36,357 bases of DNA from Promethearchaeota archaeon (GTDB taxonomy: Archaea; Asgardarchaeota; Lokiarchaeia; Sigyniarchaeales; SOKP01). A program made the position numbers and the translations under genes. The stretch spans positions 1 through 36,357 of the forward strand of contig JARRLT010000048.1 in the NCBI GenBank assembly GCA_037386725.1. Reading direction: 5' to 3'. Below, one piece after another: positions 1-9,958 of this stretch (its first letter is position 1; each line of letters starts with the position of its first letter). A model generated the notes under the pieces. That model made no database searches, was not told where the DNA came from, and saw only the letters and a program-made list of their open reading frames with translations.

Positions 1-254
1 TTATTTAAATTTAGGACAAATAAAGCGTATAAAAGATGAAAGTAATATGAATGCTTAAAAAATAATTCTAATGAAATATTATCCCCATATATTTTTTTAA
101 AATATTTTCTCCAATTCGTATATGTGTTCTTGCATTCCATTTTATTCTCTTCATAACGATTCTTTAATTCTGAAATTATTTCTTTATAAAATAATGACTC
201 CTTCCCAAAATGTTCACTTATACTAATAGCATCAATAATATTTTTCTCTCTCAT
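1..254 (-). CDS. Hypothetical protein; ATG at 252-254, reads open to the window edge, so the C-terminus lies beyond position 1
   Basis: Reverse complement of 1-254 translates without stop from ATG (MREKNIIDAISISEHFGKESLFYKEIISELKNRYEENKMECKNTY...). It is not in the supplied track because it has no stop inside the window. It is in the same frame as the upstream ORF, separated by a single TAA. Confidence 0.3.
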   Translation of the reverse strand, partial: MREKNIIDAISISEHFGKESLFYKEIISELKNRYEENKMECKNTYTNWRKYFKKIYGDNISLELFFKHSYYFHLLYALFVLNLN

Positions 255-257
255 GGT

Positions 258-1442
258 TTAAAAGTCCGGTAAACGTTTGATTCTATTCCATTCTCTATCA
301 AATACAAAATTCATGCTTGAGTTAAAGGTTTCTAGCTTTTTACTTAAATCCAATACTATACTTGCGGTACTATATTTTACTTTGCCTTTACCTGTTTCTG
401 AGTTATAAAATTTGTAAAATCCATTTAATCTTACCATCTCAATAGTCTTTTCCGATAATTCCACAGCAAGGTTAATAAATCCATGTTTCATAAGTCCTAA
501 ACTGATAAACCAGTTTAAATCTATACATGTGGACATCATATAAGGTGAATTTTGATTTTCTTTATATAAAAATTGGTTTTTTGCAATTAAAGGTACTGGA
601 AAAGGTGACCAAAATTCATTTTCATTCAATAAATGTTCGTATACTAATTTATTTGCTATATTTGGAGGAAGGTTATTCAAAATTAAAGGGATTAAAGAAC
701 TAATCGTTTTTATATTACTCATCTGATTCTCAAAACCATATAATCCAAAAAACATACTTTCTGAAGAATTCCAACAATTTTTAATTAATTCTTGCTCTAA
801 TTGTCTGGCAAGGTTCTTATAAAACTATTTTTTCTCATCATTATTAATTTTATCATATAAAAAAGCTAAATCTCGAAGATTTTGAATAAACACACAGTTC
901 AGTAAAATATCTTTATACCTCGAATATCGCCTATTTTTTATTGTTAAAAGCTTTACTTTATCATTTAAATTTATATTAGAATCATAAAAATAGTTGTAAT
1001 ATTTTGATATCTTTTCTAAATTTTCATTGAGAATATCTTCTGTCCCCATTTTAAGATAAACTGATTTTAATGCTAATGCAAGTAGAATTGGTTGATTTAA
1101 AAGACTTAATTGTTTTTCATTAACATTTAAATTAAAATTATTTTTGATTATTTTAGAATCTTCACTCCAATTGTATGTTGAATTAATATTTCCAATATTA
1201 TTTTGTGTTTTTAATATTGTGTTGAATTCTTGTATAGCTAAAGGAAGATTTAAATGAGAATTCACAATAATATGAAGACATGAATTATAAAGATATTGAT
1301 GGGGTAAATGTTTAATATTAGGGCTAATGTATGCAAATTTTTTTATCCGTTTATTTTTTCTAAATCCACACGCGAGATTTTCTTTAAATATCTCCAAAAT
1401 TTTTTGAGTTAAGTTAGGTAAGTTTGAGGAATGGGAGTCCAT
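258..1442 (-). CDS. Six-hairpin (alpha/alpha toroid) glycosidase-like protein (GH63/GH15-like C-terminal region), interrupted by one in-frame TAG at 825-827. It is either a pseudogene or two ORFs (825-1442 and 258-755)
   Basis: Track ORFs 825..1442 and 258..755 are in the same frame (both coordinates are 0 mod 3) and are separated only by the complement of cta at 825-827. The C-terminal part (EFWSPFPVP..WFISLGLMKHGF..FYKFYNSETGKGKVKYSTASIVLDL) matches the conserved end of GH63/GH15-type (alpha/alpha)6 catalytic domains. Confidence 0.5.
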
Positions 1443-1581
1443 CTTATTTAATTTCTTTTAAGTTTAGAATTAATTAAAAAATCTTAAATTTCGTAACGTA
1501 TTAATTAATTAATCTTAATATAAAATAAAATCGTTATGCTCAATAAATTAAATAAAAATGATATAAAATAAAAATTAATAA

Positions 1582-2133
1582 TCACTTTCGCATAAAGGAG
1601 GGCAAAAGTAAACTAAATAGATTTGAAAGCATTTTTAATTTCGATGTTTCCTTAATTTTAGTTAAAATTAATAATGATTCTTCAAGTTCTTTTCTATCCA
1701 AGAATCCACCACTGTATATGCCCTCCTCATTATTAAAAATCATCAGCATTTTTACATTTGGACTATTGACAATATTAATTCCATTTGTAGACTTTAATTT
1801 ATCGTAGTATTCGAGATAGTTATCAGGGATCTTGCTTCTCTCATTTGCAATAATCATTATTTGAATACCTTTTTGGGCGATTTTCCTTAATTCATTAGAA
1901 TAAAAACGATCAATCTTCGAACTCATTATCTTTAAACTATTTTTTGAATTATTAATAAGTTCAGTTATTTCGTTATTTATTAAATTTACATTTTTTGATT
2001 TACCTGAAATTTCAATTTCTATATTGCCAACTAAGGTCAATACTTTTTTCTCTAAACTTTCAACTTGTTCTTTTAATCTTTTATTCTCAATTCTTAATTC
2101 TACTATTCTATCTGATGACAAATTTATCCTCAA
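1582..2133 (-). CDS. Coiled-coil protein with a C-terminal domain resembling the TrmB-family regulator C-terminal (PLD-like) domain; no HTH present
   Basis: 183-aa ORF. The N-terminal 60 aa show heptad-like K/E/L periodicity. The C-terminal region (IQIMIIANERSKIPDNYLEYYDKL...VKMLMIFNNEEGIYSGGF) is similar in pattern to the TrmB C-terminal domain. It is the last gene of the minus-strand run that begins with the actin-family gene. Confidence 0.4.
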   Translation of the reverse strand: MRINLSSDRIVELRIENKRLKEQVESLEKKVLTLVGNIEIEISGKSKNVNLINNEITELINNSKNSLKIMSSKIDRFYSNELRKIAQKGIQIMIIANERSKIPDNYLEYYDKLKSTNGINIVNSPNVKMLMIFNNEEGIYSGGFLDRKELEESLLILTKIKETSKLKMLSNLFSLLLPSFMRK

Positions 2134-2172
2134 ATTTATTATGTTTATTTAATATTAACCACACTACTTTAA

Positions 2173-3705
2173 TTAAAATATCTTACTTCTTATAATTTCA
2201 TTTAAAGTTTTCCAAGGTTTTCCAAAGAGTATATAACTTGAGAGGACTAAACTAGTTTTTAGATTAATATGTTGAACCTTATTCTCGGGCATAGTTTCGA
2301 TTCTTTTTTCAATATTTTTTGCTGTTTCTTCTGCTATTATATTCTGTCTCGCTTTTAGTAACGCGACTCCTTGACTTGTCCCATCTAATAGATTATCATA
2401 AAAATATGCAATAAGCTTTTTTGTTTCATCATTAAAAATAGGATATGATCTACAAATTATTCCCATAATAGAATCAAACTCAAAATACGAAATAATTTCA
2501 CCGAAGCTCTTTAGAGTATCTTTTAATTTATTCCCTTCCATATCGTAAATTTGAGTATTAAGGAAGAGGAACGGTTTTGAAATTTTTTGATTTTCTTTAA
2601 TTGCATCAAAAATCTCTTTGAATTTCACAATTTCATTATCGTTTGTTAAAAAGTATGAATCCTTGGGACTCCATTTTGAATAAAATATATTTCCAACAAT
2701 ATGAATAAGTTTTATATCTGAATTTTTAATGTATTCTAAAATATTCTCTCTTGTACTTTTTATTCCACTTAATATGGTAATTTTATCAATTTTTTGAGAA
2801 TTTGAAAAATATTCTATAATATATTCTAACTCATTAGCACCGGCTTTAAAAGGATAAATAAGTTCTTTACGTTTTTGATTTTCATCCCATTTTTTTGGAT
2901 TCAGAGCATTAATTGAGTCAATAATTAAAACATTTGGCTTTTTTAAGGAAGGGGGCATTTCTCTGGTATTTGATGATATTTTTTCCCCAAAATCCAAGCT
3001 GGGAATCGATATATCACCAATTTTATATCCGCAAGCGTACTTTAATAAAAATAAGTTGTTTTCATAAATCATTTCAAACGGAATAATCATATCTTCTAAG
3101 ATAAAATAGATGTAAGGTATATAATCTAATCTGTTAATTTTTATATTTTTAATAAAATTTCTTATTTGTTTTGGAAGAAATAGATATAAGAGTTTTCCAA
3201 AATCGATCAAATTAAAATTATATTTTCCAGTTTTTTCTGTAAGAGAAAATAATTCATTATATATTTCAAGAATTTGTGAATCATTCCAATATTCATCTTT
3301 AATAGAATTTTCAATGAATGAATCTTTTGTGGAATTAATTTGATAAAAAATCTTTCCAACTTGGTTTATTTTTAATGATATATGTTCAATATCGAATTCA
3401 GGATCGATTAAGATTGTTTCTTTATCTTCAAATGAATAAATTTCATTCTTTAATGGTTCAGATTGTTCTATTAATTGATCCAAATTAGAAAGTAAAGGTC
3501 TTATATTTTTACCTAAAAATGGAATGATTTTTTGAGCTAAAGTAATATTTTTTTCCTCAAACAGAGCGCGGTAAAACATCATTCTCCAAAAATCTTTCTT
3601 TTCAAGTGAAAAGAACATTGACTTGAATTTCCATTGGTAATTACATGTGTAGAAATAATGAAATATTTGAGATGGTTCTTGGGGCGTTTGTAAGTGATTA
3701 TTCAA
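2173..3705 (-). CDS. CHAT-domain (caspase-like, clan CD fold) protein with both catalytic positions substituted (His to Asn, Cys to Asn); likely a pseudo-protease
   Basis: The C-terminal 200 aa follow the CHAT consensus block by block: IHIVGNIFY versus lHfAtHG; KDSYFLTND versus sgLlLad; PFLFLNTQIYD versus eLVvLSACqTalG; SIMGIICRSYPIFNDETKKLIAYFYDNL versus sVvaSlWpVdDeaTaeLMvrFYenL; QGVALLKARQNI versus eALrqAq. The start overlaps the stop of the upstream ORF (ATGA at 3702-3705). Confidence 0.6.
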   Translation of the reverse strand: MNNHLQTPQEPSQIFHYFYTCNYQWKFKSMFFSLEKKDFWRMMFYRALFEEKNITLAQKIIPFLGKNIRPLLSNLDQLIEQSEPLKNEIYSFEDKETILIDPEFDIEHISLKINQVGKIFYQINSTKDSFIENSIKDEYWNDSQILEIYNELFSLTEKTGKYNFNLIDFGKLLYLFLPKQIRNFIKNIKINRLDYIPYIYFILEDMIIPFEMIYENNLFLLKYACGYKIGDISIPSLDFGEKISSNTREMPPSLKKPNVLIIDSINALNPKKWDENQKRKELIYPFKAGANELEYIIEYFSNSQKIDKITILSGIKSTRENILEYIKNSDIKLIHIVGNIFYSKWSPKDSYFLTNDNEIVKFKEIFDAIKENQKISKPFLFLNTQIYDMEGNKLKDTLKSFGEIISYFEFDSIMGIICRSYPIFNDETKKLIAYFYDNLLDGTSQGVALLKARQNIIAEETAKNIEKRIETMPENKVQHINLKTSLVLSSYILFGKPWKTLNEIIRSKIF

Positions 3706-4532
3706 TTTTTCATAAGATTATTATCATAGCTTAAATCCGTTTTGTGGAGAAATATATCTTCTAAAAAATCATAAATTCCGAAAGCTATTTCAAATCGATT
3801 GCGATCAACACAAAAATCAACATATTTCCTTAAATTTTTGATTCCTTCTTCGTGAGTTCGATATTTTTTAAGATTTGAATATAAATTGCGAATAATAATA
3901 ATAATCCATGAATATTCGTTAATATCATTTAGATAATAGACTAAATCTTCAAGATCTACTATTATATTATCAAAGGTTCGCTCGTTAATTGAAACTCTTG
4001 TTAAATTTCCAAAAGTCTCTTTTAAGTAAATAGGGATCCTATTAACAAAAATTTTATTCATTTCTTTAATGAATTCTTCAGAATCTTTCATTAAGTTATA
4101 TTTTACATTCACGCTTTCTAAAATGTTATATAGAAACAAAGAACGTTTCCCCGGTTCAAGCTTAAATATGACTCTACCTAAATATTCCATGGAAGTTTGA
4201 AAATATTCTGTAGGGATAACCGATTTACGTAAATACATTAAAAGAAGTTGTAATTCAACCAATTTTAAGTAATTCTCTTCCTGTGAAATATTATGACAAA
4301 ATGAATTAATAAATTTAGTTATACCATCTACTGATAAATCTTCACTGGTAATAAAAGATTTTAATAATTTTGTATAAAAGTTATCAAATAGGTAGAAATC
4401 CTCAAGACGTGATAAGAAAGCAAAAAATCTTTTATAGGCATCAATATATCTAATGAGATCCAGTTCATAGCCTAATGTTTTTTGATGAGATAATGAATTT
4501 AAATATAACCACCAACTATTGGAAATAATCAT
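3702..4532 (-). CDS. Hypothetical all-alpha (TPR-like?) protein, translationally coupled to the CHAT-like gene
   Basis: 276-aa ORF with no recognisable catalytic motif and a helical-repeat-like composition. A 4-nt overlap with the downstream CHAT-like ORF suggests co-translation. CHAT domains are habitually associated with TPR modules. Confidence 0.55.
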   Translation of the reverse strand: MIISNSWWLYLNSLSHQKTLGYELDLIRYIDAYKRFFAFLSRLEDFYLFDNFYTKLLKSFITSEDLSVDGITKFINSFCHNISQEENYLKLVELQLLLMYLRKSVIPTEYFQTSMEYLGRVIFKLEPGKRSLFLYNILESVNVKYNLMKDSEEFIKEMNKIFVNRIPIYLKETFGNLTRVSINERTFDNIIVDLEDLVYYLNDINEYSWIIIIIRNLYSNLKKYRTHEEGIKNLRKYVDFCVDRNRFEIAFGIYDFLEDIFLHKTDLSYDNNLMKN

Positions 4533-4633
4533 AATTAATTGATGTTTCTTCTGAACATCTAACCATTCGGAACGCTCAATATCAAAATATAAATCTAGTA
4601 AGAGTTTAGAAGCCCAACTGTGATTAGCATTCT

Positions 4634-5749
4634 TTAATAATTTTCGAGACTGAATAATCTTTTCTTGAAAATTCGATAAAAATTACGACCAGAGGGAGCA
4701 ATTACCTTAATTTTTGGTTTTAATTTGTCAGAAAAATATTTTTTAAGCTCCTTTTCTAATCTGTCCTTAAGTCCGGGAATCGAACTCGACCCACCTGCTA
4801 AGATAATGTTAGGGAGAAGTTCTTCCCAATTTTCGCGTTCCCAGAATTTTATTGTATTAGCGATAGATTCTGATAGACTAATATAATCGATATGGATAAT
4901 TCTAGGATCGAAGAGAGGTTCTGAAACCATAAATCTCTCATGATTTACTTGTAATTTTGTATTATCGGGTAAGCTAATAACCCTATTATACTTCGATAAT
5001 CCTTCCTTTACCCTTTTCTTTTCTTTTTTTGGGTGGAGGAGACATAAAGAAGTTTTCTCTTTTATTTCTTTTGTTAACCACTTATCTAAATAGAAATTTT
5101 TTCTCGATCCTTTTCCAGTTAATATTAAATTATGAAAATAATCTGTTAGATCTTTCCCCGATACAGGAAAAGTGTCTCGAGCCATAATATTAGTAAAACC
5201 ATGAAATATAGTTGAAATGTAGGTATTTAACTCACCAATATTTACAACCACTCCACTTGTTTTTCCTAATGTGGATAAAATTGCCTTTCCATCACTTAAA
5301 AACATTAAATATGGAAAATTAAACTGATCGAAAAAGATTTGCTGCAACTTAGCCTTCTCTAAATCACTCATTAAAAACGAACTTAAAATGATTAAAGGTT
5401 GCATATAATGATAATCTTCAGGAATTTGGAGCTGGTTATAGTAGTATTGGAAATACTTTCCTAAAATTACATAATTTTTTTCTTTTTTAAATTCATGAGT
5501 TTTTAATATATTTTGATATTTTAAAGCTTGATGACCATAATAATGTTTTTCTTCTCCTTTTATGAAAATTTCTTCAAAACCTTCAATAATATCAGATTCA
5601 AATAGAAAATCAGTCATATCAACGTATACACTAGGAGCAATAATTTCAGGAAAATCCTTTCCTGCCCAACCAAGCCTAAATTTATCAGCTCCAATATCCA
5701 ATATTAGTGGTTTTAAAAACTTGTCTTCTTCTGCAGACATAATATCCAA
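4634..5749 (-). CDS. Actin-family ATPase (Arp-like, divergent from canonical actin)
   Basis: All three actin-fold nucleotide-binding signatures are present. Phosphate-1 is LILDIGADKFRLGWAG (actin LVVDNGSGMCKAGFAG). Phosphate-2 is VVVNIGELNTYISTIFHG (actin IVMDSGDGVTHTVPIYEG). The adenosine motif is ILAGGSSSIPGLKDRLEKEL (actin [20 protein letters not shown]), and KVIAPSGR matches KIIAPPER. There are long insertions relative to actin, and the C-terminus ends about 30 aa early. Confidence 0.85.
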   Translation of the reverse strand: MDIMSAEEDKFLKPLILDIGADKFRLGWAGKDFPEIIAPSVYVDMTDFLFESDIIEGFEEIFIKGEEKHYYGHQALKYQNILKTHEFKKEKNYVILGKYFQYYYNQLQIPEDYHYMQPLIILSSFLMSDLEKAKLQQIFFDQFNFPYLMFLSDGKAILSTLGKTSGVVVNIGELNTYISTIFHGFTNIMARDTFPVSGKDLTDYFHNLILTGKGSRKNFYLDKWLTKEIKEKTSLCLLHPKKEKKRVKEGLSKYNRVISLPDNTKLQVNHERFMVSEPLFDPRIIHIDYISLSESIANTIKFWERENWEELLPNIILAGGSSSIPGLKDRLEKELKKYFSDKLKPKIKVIAPSGRNFYRIFKKRLFSLENY

Positions 5750-5776
5750 TACATTTAATTTTAGTATTTAAAAGAG

Positions 5777-6278
5777 TTAAATATGGAAAAGTTCATCAGT
5801 TAGCTTCTTCAGTTGATATTCTTTTACTTGTAACTCAAGAAGTCCTAATACATTTTTGAATTCTTTTGACATACGTTGAATATCAACATCTGCAATTTTC
5901 TCAATTTCGTCACGTTTTATTTTAAATTGTTCAAGACCTTTTTGAATTTTATCATATGATTTATTGATTTTACCAACTAAATCTTCAGTATTCTTTTTTG
6001 TAATCTTTCGCATTTTTCTTAAAACAGATAAAATATTTGAGATTGAATCTTCCCATTCATTATATCTATGATTATACCCTTCAAATAAATCTTGAAAAAA
6101 ATCAGTAAGTTTTAAATATATATTTTCACTTCTTACTTTTTCTCTTTTCTCTTGATCTTCACTTTTTACAAAACTAGGTTTTTCCTTAACTGAGGCAACA
6201 TCTTCGAGAGTTGGAGGGGCTTCAATATTATATTTTTCTCGTTCTGCTTTTTTTCCTCTTCCTTCTTCTTTTTAGGCA
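5777..6278 (-). CDS. Small Lys/Glu-rich coiled-coil protein; the reading frame is broken at an A7/T7 homopolymer (6248-6254), so the ATG at 6276-6278 and the 78-aa track ORF (5777-6013) are in different frames
   Basis: A frame open from 6271 to 5777 lacks a start codon until 6013. ATG 6278 opens MPKKKKEEEKKQNEK.. in a different frame that stops after 37 codons. The two frames can be joined by a 1-nt indel in gaaaaaaag. This is the first gene of the actin-family run, with only a 27-bp gap to the actin start. Confidence 0.45.
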
Positions 6279-6472
6279 TTTTTAACGACTCAATTAAAGA
6301 ATGATTTATAAAATTAATAATGGATATAATTTATAAATCTATTTTAAGCATTAAAGTAAACCAAATAATATTTTTGTAGATTGTTACAATTGTTTAGTTA
6401 ATAATTCTTAATTTTAAATATATGTTATAATTTTTAAAAAATGATTAAAATACTTTGAAATGAGAAAAACTT

Positions 6473-6877
6473 TTAAAGAGATTCTTCGATCTCCACTTTT
6501 TTAGCATTTCCTTCATTCATTAAAATTTCTCTTAACTTTGACATGGGAATATCTGGAGTTGGGCTAATAACTGTCCAAATTGCGGTTTTATTCTTTTCTA
6601 CGATGACTGATTCACCATACATCAAGCTAATTCCAAGTTTACCAAAAGTAGAAGCGATTTTGGCTAATGCTCCTGGAATATCGTCCATTGTTATTTTTAA
6701 TTTTATCGGTTTCCTGTCCTCATCTAAACCAACTGGCGTGATTTTAATTTCTTTAGTCTCAGAATCTGCTACAAGCATTAGTTGGGAATTTTCAGTTAAT
6801 CCTAATGACTTTCGTATGATTTGGGGTATTACTATTCTCCCCCGATTGTCGATACTTAATATTCTTACTTCTTTCAT
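6473..6877 (-). CDS. AbrB/MazE/SpoVT-type swapped-hairpin DNA-binding domain fused to an ACT domain (putative regulator)
   Basis: The N-terminus MKEVRILSIDNRGRIVIPQIIRKSLGL matches the SpoVT/AbrB motif (GRIVIP). The C-terminal 70 aa (KLKITMDDIPGALAKIASTFGKLGISL) are ACT-like. Confidence 0.75.
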   Translation of the reverse strand: MKEVRILSIDNRGRIVIPQIIRKSLGLTENSQLMLVADSETKEIKITPVGLDEDRKPIKLKITMDDIPGALAKIASTFGKLGISLMYGESVIVEKNKTAIWTVISPTPDIPMSKLREILMNEGNAKKVEIEESL

Positions 6878-7203
6878 ATCAATCCATTCAATAATTAATA
6901 TAAGTATAATTTAAAATCTATCCAACCTCAAATAAAGTTTTGGTCAGATTACTATATAATAATAAATAGAATTGATTAATTTATAAATTATTTTTTTCTC
7001 TTTTAGGAATAAATTTTGCTCTGATTTTGATCTGGCTATGGGAGATTAGATAAGAATTTAAAAGGAATAAAATGAGTAGTTTCTCACGATAATATAGGAC
7101 CTATTTGGCTGCAAAAAATAATTAATAAGAAAAATCGAATAAATTTGAAAAAATTCTTTTTATTAGAAGGAAAAAGAAGAAATAGCAATTTTTAAAAGAA
7201 TTT

Positions 7204-9360
7204 TTATTTATGCGCTTTTAATTTTACTGATAAATCTCGTGCTCTCTTGGAATACCAAATGAGTAGCTCTCCAGCATCCTCTGGTTTGAAATATTCACCC
7301 CCACATAACGCTGCGGCTCTTCTCATTAATTCATCATCCGGATTTCCTAATCCTACTATATATATAATTATATTATTCATTTCGCTAAAGCGTTGAATCG
7401 TATTAAAGAACTCACTTCCATCAGTAGGTTGACCATCTGTAAGAAAGACTATCATAGTAGGTTGGTTCGGATTGATCTTTTCAAATTCACTTATAACCTG
7501 ATAAGCCATATTCATAGCTTTCCCCATATTAGTTGCTTGTCCATATGCATTACCTATTCGATCCACAATCAATCGAGCCGCATCCTCTAATAATCCTTTT
7601 TCACCAGACGCTGAATCCATATAATAACTATCCCCGAATGGTAGTAATTGAGCTTCATCAGCAAACCGGATCACGCTTACTTTTTCACCAAATCCTCTTC
7701 CAACTTTCTCACTTAAAAATAGTACAGCTGCGAAAGCTGCTGAAATTCTACGCGGGATGTATATCCCTTCTTTAAATTTTTTGAGAAACTCTTGAATCTC
7801 TTTCGATTCCATTGCTGCTTTTATTCCTTCAATTGCTGGAGCTATATTAGTCACATAGACATCTCTAGCCATCATTGAGCGACTTATATCAATAATCAGA
7901 ACTGCATTAAAAGGAATCAATCCTGTTGGGCTTAGAGTTAATGTAGTATTTTCTGTTATTGTCGCTAGTATATCTCCTTTTAGATCTGGAATACAATCTA
8001 TGATTGAGCAAGCAATATTCACCGCATTCCATCTTAGCTTAATTCCCTTAAAGATAACATAATTATTTAGCCAATTCTTTAAACCATTAATATTTTCACG
8101 AGCAACACTAATAACTTCCCACATATTTTCACCAGCAACTGGAGAAATTCCTAATGTGACACTTTGAAGGGGCATTATTTGGCGTTGATTTTTTGAAACT
8201 TTTACTTCAAAGCTTCCGACTCCAGAAGCTTCTAAGATTTCACTATCTACAACAATAGAATTATCTGGAACATCTTCGGAAATATCTACTTTAACAGCTC
8301 CAACAGCCCCAGTTAATTCGTCCTCAAATTGAAGTACATCACCAGTTTGAATTGTGAGGGAATGTTGGGTTCTAGGACTAACAATACAAAAACCTTCTAG
8401 ATTTGGTTTGGAATTCACTTCTAACATTAATTCTGATGCTTTTTCTATGGGAGGTTCTGTAGAATATACAACGATTTGACTAGACTGAATATTTGTTTCT
8501 TCTTTAGTATCTTGACTCATTTTTATGATATTACCACTTATTTGAGCTTGATCAATTCTTGCCGATCCCATGCTTCTTGTAAGGGGATCTTCCCATGCAA
8601 TTAACATCCCTTGTCCTAATCCTAGATTTTGAAGAAGAGATTGACTTAACTGGACTCTACCTCCTTCTATATTCTGTGATACTTGTACATTAAGAATAAT
8701 TCCATTTTTTTGTTGTTGTAATTGACCAACATCAGTTCGATTCGGATATGGCTCTATAACTTCTTGTTCAGTTTGTGGTGGCACAGGAGCACTTACTTGC
8801 TGCTTTGACTGAGAAAGAGGAACTTTCATTTGGGGCGGGGGTGTTGGTTGGGTCGGAAGGGAGGAATGAACCGATTGATATGAAGATGCTGGTTTGGGTG
8901 GAGGAAAGTAGTCAGAAGACTTTTCTGGAGGTTTTGGTGGTTTTGTAGGACTCGTTCCTAAAAATTTAGGCTTTGGAGGCAAACTTGTAGGTATAGGTGC
9001 TTGACTTGGTTGCCTTGGTTGGCGAGGAGTTGATATTGGTTTAACTGGCTCGGTTTGACTATTAGTAGAAGGATAAGTAGACTGTTCCCTTTTAGAAACT
9101 CCACCTCCACCACCAATAGGTTTCAAGACTAACTCAACTCCATGATACTCCAATTTATCCAAGATATTTTTTGAGAATTTCCCTGCAAAATCTAAAACCC
9201 TCTCAGATACCTCTACTTTAGTTATAGTACTTTTACTATTATCAGGGTTGAAAACCTCTACAGAGTCTCCAGAATTTACACCCAAAGTGTTAGCATTATT
9301 TTGAGATATTATTACGGTATCTACAAGACCGTCTTTCAAATCTACGAATAATTTTATCAT
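7204..9360 (-). CDS. vWA (von Willebrand factor A, MIDAS) domain protein with N-terminal and internal Cdc48-N/VAT-N-like (double-psi or AbrB-like) beta-barrel repeats and a Pro-rich linker
   Basis: The C-terminal vWA domain has a DxSxS MIDAS motif (LIIDISRSMMARD) and later MIVFLTDGQPTDGS. The N-terminus (VIISQNNANTLGVNSGDSVEVF) and internal segments (GRVQLSQSLLQNLGLGQGMLIAWED; SLTIQTGDVLQFED; SIVVDSEILEASGVGSFEVKV) resemble the substrate-binding barrels of Cdc48/VAT N-domains. A 130-aa P/Q/S/T-rich low-complexity linker separates them. Confidence 0.8.
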   Translation of the reverse strand: MIKLFVDLKDGLVDTVIISQNNANTLGVNSGDSVEVFNPDNSKSTITKVEVSERVLDFAGKFSKNILDKLEYHGVELVLKPIGGGGGVSKREQSTYPSTNSQTEPVKPISTPRQPRQPSQAPIPTSLPPKPKFLGTSPTKPPKPPEKSSDYFPPPKPASSYQSVHSSLPTQPTPPPQMKVPLSQSKQQVSAPVPPQTEQEVIEPYPNRTDVGQLQQQKNGIILNVQVSQNIEGGRVQLSQSLLQNLGLGQGMLIAWEDPLTRSMGSARIDQAQISGNIIKMSQDTKEETNIQSSQIVVYSTEPPIEKASELMLEVNSKPNLEGFCIVSPRTQHSLTIQTGDVLQFEDELTGAVGAVKVDISEDVPDNSIVVDSEILEASGVGSFEVKVSKNQRQIMPLQSVTLGISPVAGENMWEVISVARENINGLKNWLNNYVIFKGIKLRWNAVNIACSIIDCIPDLKGDILATITENTTLTLSPTGLIPFNAVLIIDISRSMMARDVYVTNIAPAIEGIKAAMESKEIQEFLKKFKEGIYIPRRISAAFAAVLFLSEKVGRGFGEKVSVIRFADEAQLLPFGDSYYMDSASGEKGLLEDAARLIVDRIGNAYGQATNMGKAMNMAYQVISEFEKINPNQPTMIVFLTDGQPTDGSEFFNTIQRFSEMNNIIIYIVGLGNPDDELMRRAAALCGGEYFKPEDAGELLIWYSKRARDLSVKLKAHK

Positions 9361-9568
9361 AACTAAAAATTTTTTTAATTTGGATTGAATTTAAATTAAT
9401 TGAAATTCTAAAACAACTAATATTAAATATTGCTTTTATTATTATTATTTGTTTTCATTGATTCTTACTTTTTAGTTAAATGATTGAAAGAATCAACTTA
9501 AAATGAATTCTGTTTAAATTTTAAAATTATAAGATATACAATTTCTTTTTTGATAATTAGATTAAGAA

Positions 9569-9958
9569 TTACTTTTTAGGATATCGTTTTTTGATTTCCT
9601 TGGCGTAGTAGCGAAATACAGTTACAATTTTTCCCAAATCCTTTATATCCCTTGATGCTCCCATTATAATAAATCTTCCTGCTTGACTTATGATAATGAA
9701 TGCATTTTCACCTCTCAATACAACTTCAAGTAAATTCTTATATCCCAAGGTTGCAATGGCATCCTCTCCACTTTGCATAACCACTGCACTTAAACTAGAA
9801 AAGAGATCGGGGTCTAAATTATATGTAGGGATCGAAGAAAATGCCAATCTTAATCCCTCAGTCGTAATAAGGGCTAGAGCTTCTAACTCTGTATGTTCAG
9901 TAATATTTCCCAAAAATTTTGAAAGACTTTGGGCCTCTTTGGGGGTTAGTTCAGCCAT
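9569..9958 (-). CDS. Roadblock/LC7 (MglB-like) domain protein
   Basis: 129 aa. EALALITTEGLRLAFS...AFIIISQAGRFIIMGASRD fits the Roadblock/LC7 fold pattern. Confidence 0.8.
   Translation of the reverse strand: MAELTPKEAQSLSKFLGNITEHTELEALALITTEGLRLAFSSIPTYNLDPDLFSSLSAVVMQSGEDAIATLGYKNLLEVVLRGENAFIIISQAGRFIIMGASRDIKDLGKIVTVFRYYAKEIKKRYPKK

Noticed and set aside
825-827. Pyrrolysine read-through of the in-frame TAG
   Set aside because: No pylT/pylS/pylBCD or methylamine methyltransferase genes in the window. A pseudogene or sequencing error is a simpler explanation. Left as a check only.
1995-2195. Track ORF 1995..2195 (+), 66 aa
   Set aside because: Low-complexity Leu/Phe-rich antisense read of the AT-rich coiled-coil gene 1582..2133; no independent support.
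6543-6914. Track ORF 6543..6914 (+), 123 aa
   Set aside because: Completely antisense to the AbrB-ACT gene. Hydrophobic low-complexity translation; no start context.
7393-7775. Track ORFs 7393..7590 and 7533..7775 (+)
   Set aside because: Both lie inside and antisense to the vWA gene, which has strong domain evidence.
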